NCBI GenBank assembly: GCA_052327205.1
Contig: CM126214.1
Span: 181,040,001-181,104,000, forward strand
Source: Somniosus microcephalus
Lineage: Eukaryota
DNA: 64,000 nt
Direction: 5' to 3'
Shown: piece by piece, positions 1 to 10,500 of the stretch
How the letters are laid out: each line of letters opens with the position of its first letter
Position numbering within the stretch: position 1 is the first letter of the stretch
Translations under genes and position numbers: made by a program
Notes under the pieces: model-generated
Databases searched by the model: none
Seen by the model: the letters and a program-made list of their open reading frames with translations, nothing else
Told to the model about the DNA's origin: nothing

Positions 1-91
1 TGGACCGGCTTAATCTGAGGCAGGTCTTTTGGTGTGTGTGTGTACACAACTCAACTCCCTCCCAACAAACAACAGGAAAAAAATCATCAAA

Positions 92-115
92 ATGAGCCTC
101 GAACACCTCTCCCAG
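92..115 (+). CDS. TOP1: TOP1 exon 1 coding part (MSLEHLSQ)
   Basis: tcaaaATG context, CAG|GTAGGT donor, phase 0; resembles human MSGDHLHNDSQ. Confidence 0.85.
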
Positions 116-3100
116 GTAGGTAGAAGCAGCTGTGAAATCTTAGACTTTGAAAAAAAAAGCTTTAGCGATTTAAAACTTGTGAAAAAATCCATTTTTTTCC
201 TGTCTGCTGAGCTGAGGGGGAAAAAAAAGTTTTAACGTGATATTTTTTCGATTTGCCTTGTAGATCAACACGGATTCTCGCTTAAACGGTGAGTGTTTTT
301 TTCCTGAAATCTCCTCACAGACTATTTTGTTTTGTTAATGTCTTTCTCTTCTCTATCCTCCTCTTTTTTCTCCTTTTTTTTTTGTCCTCTTGCTGTTTGA
401 GAGAGAAAGAGAGGATCAGACATGGCGTCCAGAGACTAAGTCCCGTCTACGTGCCCGCAAGCCCTATTGTTCAAATCAGCCTCCCGAATCATTGCCTTCC
501 GCCCGCCGCCCGCGGCCCCGAGCAGCGGCAGTCGCCGCCGCCGCACCCCGGCTTCGGGAGCCGGGCGCCGGCGGGCCGCGGGCGGGCTGGGCCGGGCCGG
601 GAGAGCGAGCGGAAAACCGGCTTTTCGGCCGTTAGGACTTAGTCTCTGCGCCATTTTCTTTTCTCTCTCTCTCTGTGTGTGTCTCTCCTTCGTGTGCATG
701 TTGCAAGAGCGAGGCTCCTGCATGGGAGCAGTAAAAATGTGAGCCGGGCATTGAAAATAGAAAGCTGGCAAGAAGAAGGGAAAAAGAGGGTTTATTTATT
801 TTTAATTTTTTTTGCAAGAATTGCACCTTTTTTTCTGCCTCCCTCCTCCAAAAATTTTTTTTTTTTGCAGTTCAATTTTCTCTCTGCTTGGTGGTGGAAG
901 CAGAAATGCCTCCACTCACATGGCGAGCAGCATCGTGAAGGTTATTTTTTTAAACAATATGATTCATCAAATTTTTTTAAAAATTAAAGAGCAAAATATT
1001 TTTTTTTCAATTTGCATCTTTTAACCTTCTCCCTGGTGTTTGAAATTCCTGGGGTAATATTGTATTTAAAAAATATATATTTTATTTTTATATGTATATG
1101 TGTGTGTGTGTATATATATGCTACTAGACTGACGTGTAGATACTTCTAGAAGGTGCTGCAGAGTGTATATTGTTTATATATTAATTTATTAACTGAAAAC
1201 AAATCTGTACTGAGATGGTGATTGTCACATCCTCTGACATGTGGAGTGCAAGCTTAATGTCCAGTGCAGTTAACGTTTCATTTTTTTAAATCTTAATTTT
1301 GCAAGGACAAAAAATAGCTTTCACCTTTCCCAAAGTCAATGGGGAACTTAGTGAGACTACAGCAGGGCAATGCCAGGGGTGGTGGGGATTTAAAAAAGAT
1401 TAGTTTTGTGATCAGTTAGGTTCCATTTAGCACCTCTCTCCCATCTCATCAGAAAGGATCACCGTGCATATTTGTATGAGGCTTAAAATGATTGTCCTCG
1501 GTGAAAATGAGTTAAGATATTGATCTAGTTAAAAGTTTTTCATTTGAAAAAGGTTGATTTTGATTGGAACTGTGTTGCATGTCATTCTGAATTCATGCTC
1601 ACCATGATAAGCCAAGTGCTTTTTAAAAAAAAATTGCGTGTGTCACCTTAGCTTGACAGGATCTACCAAAAATGCATCAAGTGCAACATTTTCCTTTTTT
1701 TTATAAGGTTCAACTTGCCCAATAGTATAGTATCTGGGTTTTGATTTTCAGTGTGTGGAAGCCATCCTGTCAAATGGCAGACCTATGCCAGGTTTCATGA
1801 GAATTGGTCAAGTACTTCAAGAAGGAAATGAAGGGAGCAGAGAATTGTACTTAACTGTTTTAAAATGAACGGAGAGCAGGAGGTGCATGAATGCCATTAG
1901 TTTTGTCTTGGGGAGGAGGTGTAGGAGATGAGTAATACAGTTGGAGAATATTAATGAAAAGAATAAAACCAAAAAAGCACATTTTCAAAAAAAACTACTT
2001 CAATTTGAAATGCATCTCATTTAATTTTGCTGATCAGTGAGGTGTTGCACCCCCAGTGATGCATTGGATTTGACTTTTCAGATTTCATTTGTAGAGCAGG
2101 GTGTGATTAGATTTGAGGGCCTTACTCCTATGAATATGCACATCAATAATTATTTGGATGGTTATTAAGTGAGATCCCATTTCAAGGCTATTCTCCTCAA
2201 TTTCTCTTATCAAGACAGTGCGGTTCCATATTTCTGATGACCCTTTGGTATTTTTGTGGCCGTTCTTCAGCTATGTATCTAGAGGGAGAGTATTGAGTAA
2301 GACTAATCTACCATGAGGGGCATCACAGCAGAGCCCAATCCAGTCCTTTTGTGAGCACATTTCAGCTGATGTCAGTGGATGGAGATCAGAAGCAGGAACC
2401 TTGTCTGACTTCTTCCCTTCTTTCGCCACTGAGATCAGCTCATTCAGCAATGGCCCTGGATTGAACCTGGGATCTTGGTCTGTTCCGTGCCAGATGCTGC
2501 ATTTACCACAAAGCCATCATGGCGCACAAGAATTTCTGACTTTCAGCTAAAATTCTTGAAAGTGATCCTGTGGAGAACAGAGTGGTATTGAACATGGTGG
2601 CTGACTAGCGGCACGTGATGTGAATTATGACATGGGTGGGGAGGTTGAGGGAACTTGGCCCTTCTACCGTCTCCTATTACTTCTAAACCCAGTACAGGAA
2701 ACTTTGTGCTATCCGGCGCCGACGGGACCAAGCTGCTGCCGTTCCCTCAAAACTGCCGGACACTCCAGAGCTAATGTTGAAACATACGGAGATTTATCAT
2801 CTCCATATGAATCAACAAACCATGTTGCTTAGCAACAGCCTCTAAACAGTCGGCAAGCGTCTCTAGCTGAAGCTGTTGCTTAGCTACAGACCCTGCAGAG
2901 CTTGACTGTTCAAAAAAAAAAAAAAAGCAAAGAAACGAAAAGAATAAAAAACGGCTCCTGATTTTTGCCGGTGGCCCCAGCTTGCCGGACGGTTCGCCTC
3001 CGGATAACACAAAGTTTCCTGTATTCCTTCCTCTTGATCCTTTTCCTGGAGCGCCCAACTCACTGGCAGTAGAGGGAAAGCATTGAGATCTGCATAGTCT

Positions 3101-4487
3101 GGTAACTGACTAACTGGAATATTTAAAGATATAAATTGAGGGTTTTTTCCCCCCTTCTGGAAGTGCGGGCTCATTCTGGGATCTGACTTCATGGGTGTTG
3201 GGCATTTTTACTCGAGTGTCTGCTCTTTACGATACAGCCTAGATTAACGTGGTGTTGGGCTGCTCGGCTGGTTGGGGAGTACGCAGCAAAGATTTATCTG
3301 ACCCATGTATGCGCACCTTCCAGCGGGAATTACTGATGATCAGCTACGGAATTTGCCTGCCCCCACAGCCCAGGAGAACTGAGGCCAGTTATAATACTTG
3401 CCTTTCTGGTTGAGACCAGTTGACTGAACAAGGACTGAAGATCAAAGCTGGGGCCTACCCGGTTGGATTTAGCTCAGGCTGTCAACTTACCAACTGTGCT
3501 AATGAGGGAACTCGCCTTTTTAAGAGAGTTTATTTATTTTCCCCTTGAATCAGTGAGTCATGCTGTGATGTGATTCCACTGATGCTGATAGCCCTCTACT
3601 ACCTTGCCTAAGTGCCTGCTCTTCTCATGCGAGCCTGGGCTGTTTCATTATCAAGGGACATCACAACAGCGTACGAGCTCTGCACGTGCACATTTTCCAC
3701 TAAGGGTCGCTGGCTGCTGTTCAGGAGAGGGGCAGTTGTGCTTTATGGAGGTGAGATCAGCCCAAAGCAGAGACCAGGGATCAAATGTGGGGCCGCCTTT
3801 GTGTGGCTCAGTACACACAGTATTTACCCAGTATGTTTTTTTTGGAGCAGCAACTTAATTCAGTGGGTTGAAGGAACTCTCTTTGCATTGGTAAGTATGG
3901 TCATTTACCCAAGAGTGCTTCAGCATCCATTGTGTATTCCACTCCCTTGTTGGGCTTTATTTCTCTCTCTTCTTAGAAAAGGGCGATTTGAATTTAAATG
4001 GGATGATGCTTTTACATCCAACAGTTCATGCTGTGGAATAACAACAGAAAATGCTGGAAAAACTCAGCAGGTCAGGCAACATCCGTGGAGAGAAATTTTG
4101 AGTTGCCGTTTCGGGTCGAACCCTTCTTCAAAATGCTGTGGGCTGTTTCTGTAATGAAGACCCATTTCTTTTTACGTGGCCAGATAGTTAGCCTGACCGG
4201 GGGGGAACCAGCCAGATACGATTGGGGGGTGGTGGTCACCACTCCACTCCCATCGGATGCAAGTACCCTGCTGGATGTCAACTCACTGGCCTCCTGCTCG
4301 CAGATACTATGACGGGAGGGCTGCTCTGCCCCCATCGGATGTGAGTACTCCGCTGGATGTCCCAGTATTCAGAGACTTCAGAATTCTCATCTCCACTCGC
4401 TTTGTCATATGTACATATATGCATCAGCGAGGACAAATTTTATATCTTCAACCAGTTCACCAGACTTTTTCTCTCTCTCTCTCTTTT

Positions 4488-4518
<31 letters not shown>

Positions 4519-7500
4519 CTACCCCTAAAGTCAAAAGACACTTTCTTAAAGCTTGTTATAAACTCTGTGAGGATAAGTGACGACCTCTGAATTTGGGAAT
4601 TGTCCTCAAGTTTTGAACTCCACTCCTAACTGATAGATTGGCTTGGTAGCAACCTTGATCTAGTTAAGTTTGATGTCAGAGTATTCAAGCTGTAGGTTAG
4701 GGCTCTTTTAACTAATTATAGTGACATTATCATAGTGATAGCGCATGTTGTGTAGGTGTTAATGCACCTACATTATTATTGGCTGGGCATGGCGCTGCAC
4801 AGGGAACAATGTTACTCATTCTAATAACTTTTTAAAGCCTGGCACGATTTCAAGTTTTCTTTTGCCTACTAATGCCATGCAAAACCCTCAAAACATTTCT
4901 AATATGACCTGAAACGTTAACTCTGTTTCTCTCCACGGATGTTGTTTGGCCTGCTGAGTTTTTCCAGCGTTTTCTGTTGTTATTTCCAATATGACCTGGT
5001 TGTTTTTCCCGGTAATAATGTTGGAAGTAGATGAGCAATAAATAGTGCAACACTTTTCAACGCTTCCAATTTGGAGGGGGAAATTTAAAAAGCTTGATGC
5101 AGGTGAGGGGCATAAAAGTAAGTGCGAGAGGGATTGGATTTCTCACCTGGCAGGAGGGCAGGGGAAACGGGACAGTAATTTGACAAACCCATGCGAGACA
5201 TTGAAGGAGAGCAACAAGGGCTGAGGGAGTGGGGAGGAAAGGAAGAAAGACGTTCTGATCCAGCGCTCCACATATCTGAGGAAAAACGATATAATCCTTT
5301 AGCAGTGAGAAGGGGGCCTGCTAGAGCATCATCACAGTAGCTTTCCTGGATGGAAGAGGGTTCTTTTTTGGAATGACATCTTCAGCTGACTCTTGCTGTT
5401 TAAGGGGTTAGATTTGCATTCTTCCTGTTCGTGAATGCTAATCACTGTAAAATAGTGCAAGTGACTGACTCTTCTCAACGTTCTTTCACGTTGCTGAGGT
5501 TATTAGTATTGAAATAAGATCTCTGATTGCTTTCTACTGCTAATTTCTGGTCATGTTTTTTTCGTATGTAGCTTATATGTTTGGGAACTACGTATTTTTG
5601 TTCAAAAAGGAACTGAAACCAATGAAATCCAAAGACTGAAATAGTGCTGCTTGTCAATAAGGTTGAGATTTTTGAACACTGAGTGAGCAATTAGCTCTTT
5701 GGAGTTTGAGGAATATGTGGTTGGTTCGCTTTGAATGTCATGAGGAAATTATTAAAATTCATACAGTACATACTGGTATAGAACTAGTTCAAGGTAGGCA
5801 TTCCTAGAAGACCAAACGCAGATTGGGTGACCGCTTTGCGGAACACCTCCGTTCAGCCCGTAAGGGTGACCCCGAGCTTCCGGTCGCCTGTCATTTCAAT
5901 TCACCGCTCCATTCCCACTCGGACCTCACCGTCCTTGGCCTCTTGTACTGTTCCACGGAAGCTCAACGTAAACTCGAGGAACAGCACCTCATCTTCCGAT
6001 TAGGCACTCTGCAGCCTTCCGGTCTCAATATCGAGTTCAACAATTTCAGATCATAACCTCGGCCCCTATTTCATTTTTACTTATATTTTTCCACTCCTTT
6101 CCTCCCCCCCCCCTTTCCTTTTGTTTCTCTCTCACACCTGGCAGCTATCTTTTGCCCTGCCAGTACACTTTACACCTAATCCCAGCCTATTACCATCTCG
6201 TCTAGCTTCTAATCTCTTTTACTTCTTTTATTCTTTTGTCCGATCGCAGCCCTGCCTTCGATCTAGTTCCTTTTCTCTCCAGTTTTGAAGAAGGGTCAAA
6301 CCCGAAACGTCAACTCAAATTTCTCTCCACGGATGTTGCCTGACCACCTGAGTTTTTCCAGCATTTTCTGTTGTTATTTCTGGTATAGAACTAGTTTTCT
6401 TTCATTTTGTGTTGAGTGCCCACCAGTACAGACTCTTTATCACCTTTGGTTCCATGCTACTGCTGTGTGGTTATTTTAGTGTGTGCTGAAACATTTTTAA
6501 TTGTGGCCAAGTAAAGGATTGGCATTGTGGCTTGGTTGCTGTGTCCTTTTGTTTCTGGATAAATGTTTGGATCTCTTGGGCAGACTGCTGACTATTGTGA
6601 GGGGAGGTTGTTGGGCAGTAACCCTTTACAGTATGTTTGTGCCGACTGGCTACAATCTAAAGCATCCCCCCACTTGCGATGTCTTTGTAGTTTCTGTTCT
6701 GAGTTTTGCATTTGCCCATCAAACTTGAAGGTCCAGTTATACAAATGCCAAGCAAGCATATTCAGCGAGGACACTTGAAAAGGCCCTCTTCCCTTCCCGA
6801 GGCAGGCTGCCTAATTAGATACGGTTCAAAATGTAACTGGTTAACTTGCCTCGTTGAATTGGTAGCTTTGGTGGTCTGCAGTTGTGTTGTTGACAATGGA
6901 GAGGTCACGTTGGTACAAGTCTTGGGGGAAGGGGAATGAATTATGTCTCCTCGGTGGAGGTCAAAAGGCACCGTCTGGACACTGTAGAGTTGTTCCATCC
7001 TGGTGTATCAGAATTATTAGCGCTTCATCGAATTCTGAATGGATGATTCTGCATGTTCCGTAGCTGTCTTGGTAAAGGTGAAGAGATCAGCTTCATACAC
7101 TTGGCCTGAGCACTTCCCCCACGGTGTCTCCTCATCTTCTGAAGATGTTAATATATGCTGTGGTAATGATTCTACAGTGCTGGCAGCCCTTTGGTGCCTT
7201 CCCCAAGTCGGCATTCTTTTAAGGGTAGACTTTATGCAGGTGATTTGATAATAGCCGAGGGCATCGCGGGTAGGCATAATCCTTCCCCATTTAAAATTCT
7301 GCTGTAAAGCTAAAGCTGATTAGGAGTGGGGAAGCCTGGCTGCTGTTTACCCCCTAAATCCAGGAGATATCTGATGGCTAAGGCAGTTCTCCCACTGGTG
7401 CCTTTAGTTGAGAGCACCGTGTACAGGTGGAACCTGGAATCCTCTTGGTCTGTGCCGCACTGCACCGAACCATGTGGTTCACCAGGAAAACGTCTCCATT

Positions 7501-10500
7501 TCTTTATCAAAATCTTTTTTTTTTCCCAGGGTGTGTTGTATTTACGTTTTTAAATGAACTTTCTTCCCTGGTGGCGCTGACTGTTGCTGAGCTGCCATTC
7601 CAAAGGGACCAAAAGCCCTCCTTTACTTTGCCCAGGTAGCCGTTCTTCCCATTTTAAGCCGTCTGCTACTTGCCTCGGGCAGAGTTGCACACGAGTTAAA
7701 TCCAATCCTGTCCTCGCCTGACTTTCGTGTGGCTGCACCTTCCGGCAGAGTACACTGAAACCGGGTGGAGGAGTCTTAGCTTCTACCCTCAGCAAGGAGA
7801 CCAAGGCCAACTTTAGCTGGCCAAGCTGAGCTCACCTGTCTCTGCACGGGGCAGGAATTGAACCTGGGGCCATCAGGTCTGTGTGGCTCTCTTGCCCACT
7901 AACTCACCAAGGTAGTTGATTTCTGTCTCGCCTTCCATTTCTGGAGTAAGTACATGATCCTTTCCGCTATGGCTGGTTGCTGAGTTTGTGAAGGTGATTC
8001 CCCTTCCTCTTTTCTTGCCCCCCTACCCCACTCCACCCCATCAAGGAGAAATCCAAAATGGAGAGTCATGAACCCCCATCTTGCCTCTCTGTTGGAATGT
8101 GCTGGTACACCAACACATTCAGTGCCCTTGACCTTCAACTACTGGGTAGAAATTGCACAAGGCAGACTGGAGAGTCTGCATTTATGCTCCCATTTCTGGT
8201 TTAGGCCCAGTTCCGATCTCTGCTGTCTGATTTGCAAAAGGGTGGGTAATGATCTCTGCTGGCAATCCTGGCAGAGCGAAGTGTTTCCCTTCCACCCCTC
8301 CCTCCCAATCTTCTCTCTGCACCTTCCTTCCCATCCTATCGCCATGGTTGCCAGCAATGGCCGGCCTTCATTCTGTTCTGGCAATATTTCCAGTCCAACG
8401 CCGTAAGGCAACTCTTGCAAATGCAGAACCTTTGACAATCTAAAATTTGTAGCACTGGTCTTTCATTATGGTTTACTATTTAGTTCGTACTAGTCTGTTT
8501 AGGTCTGGCTTTCTACATGACTTCAAATTGCCATGATCGAGACCATATGGTTCTGGTTACGTGCTAAATGTTGATTGTAGAAAGATATGGTCTTAATGAG
8601 CCTAGTAACAGCAATGGATATTTTATTTTTTGCTTTATTTGTTCTTTTCCCCCCTTCCCCCAATCCAGAAAGCATCCCAACAGTTAGTTGGGTTTATTCA
8701 CCAGAGGTTGGTTTCCCATGAGATGGAGCACGTTTTTCTATTGTGAGGCCAGCATTCAGGCAGTGGCTGTTGCTTCCCCTGGGTATCACCGGTCCAGGGT
8801 GATTTGAAGCAATCTAGAACATTCTTGAATATGTACCAGCTTTGACTAAAGCTTTGTGTTTCTCTTTAAATCCTTTTCTGTATTTAATGCAGGCAGCACA
8901 ACAGAACCAGATTCTTTCTTGCCTAGCAATATTAACACGGTTAATGAGCAGGACAGATTGTGCTTGGCCTTTGCAGTAATACTTTTTAAATCTGATTTTA
9001 TTTCTTGGCGTGCGGTGAATGAGAGGAGCACGATAACTTTTTAGTGAGATTATTTTGTGACCAACCTTCCTGCTTTATTTAAATGACACCACTGAGTGCG
9101 TGCAACAAAATGGTGCTGACCTTGATATGACTTGCTATTACTGTTCGGATGCTAGGATTGATTTGATCAGCGAGTGCAGGAATGGTCTCTGATTTCAGGA
9201 AAAGTATATTGGATCTCTATCTGGTGTGGTGTGTGAAGTATTTACTTCGTTTTCCCTTTTTGTCTCTTTTTTAAAAAATTTAATTTATTTTTAAAAATGA
9301 TGTTTTCCCCATTCTTCCTTTCCAATACCTCAGATAATTACGCATTTCAATCTATAGGGCAGCGTTTCCTCGTGCTCCATAGCAAGAATGAGTTACTTCG
9401 GTCTTGCTGAGCAGTAGGGCCAAGTCCTGTCTCCATTGTTGGAGACTGATAATAAGTGCAGCTTAATCATGTATGATGTTGACTGTATGTATAGTGTGTT
9501 TGGTCTAGTAGCCTTACTGAGACTAGTGTTCACTATGGGTTTCCTTCCTTCTCTCCATCCCCACCTCCAAGTACAGGGACCCTGAAGGCAGTTGTAGCAA
9601 TGCTGCAAGTGATGGTGGCTGCCTCAAGATAAATAGATACAGACAAGGAAGACCATTTGGCCCACTTCAGCTCATCCATTTTGAAAATGTCCTCCAGTCC
9701 CCCCCCCCCCCATCACAGTATCCAACTGCTTCTTAATCCAAGAGTTTTTAAACTCCTCCACCTAAGCATCCAGTCCATGTGTTGATCACTGTGCAAAGAA
9801 CCTTCTTGTGTCAGTCCTAAATTTTCCATTTACTAGTTTGAACCTTTGTCCCCATTGTCTTACTCTTACTGGTGGTGTTCTGGATCGATCTTTTCTGTAC
9901 TAATTACTGCCTTGCATGAGGTTACCGCTTAGCTTTTCAGCCATGAGAGGAGATGACTAACGTTTCACCAGTAGTTCCTCCGATCTTTGACACTAGGGAT
10001 CAGTCAGACAGCTCTCTTTGAACTGCATGCAGGGCTTTACATAAGAACATAAGAAGTAGGCCTGCTCCGCCATTCAATAGGATCATGGCTGATCCGAACC
10101 TAGACTCACGTCCACTTCCCTGCCCGCTCCCCGTAACCCCTAATTCCCTTATCAGCTAGGATGCTTTAATGTCTCCTTGGTGTCTGTGACCAGAGCTGGA
10201 CATAGAACTCAAGGGTATCGTTTGAAGAGCATTATATAGTTTGAACCTGACTTTGTTCATGCAACATGAATACATCTTGCATATATCACATTTTAAATCT
10301 CATACTTTTCTGATTTTTGTTCCTTGGAAATATGAGCTAAACATAAGAATTAGGAGCAGGAGTCAGCCATACGGCCCCTCAAGCCTGCTCCGCCATTCAA
10401 TAGGATCATGGCTGATCTTCGACCTCAACTCCACTTTCCCGCACTATTCCCATATCCCTTGATTCCCCTAGATTCCAATATTCTATCCTCAGCCTTGAAT

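Noticed and set aside
289-771. Overlapping 81-117 aa ORFs across the GC-rich intron 2 segment
   Set aside because: Pro/Arg/Ala/Gly low-complexity translations expected from stop-poor GC-rich DNA; no recognisable domain.
4249-4361. 31-nt direct repeats with a ~50-nt spacer, superficially CRISPR-like
   Set aside because: Only two diverged units, vertebrate intron, no cas genes; similarity extends into the spacer.
6700-7290. Minus-strand ORFs with faint RT-like words ([13 protein letters not shown])
   Set aside because: No coherent run of RT motifs; cannot be supported as an element or gene.
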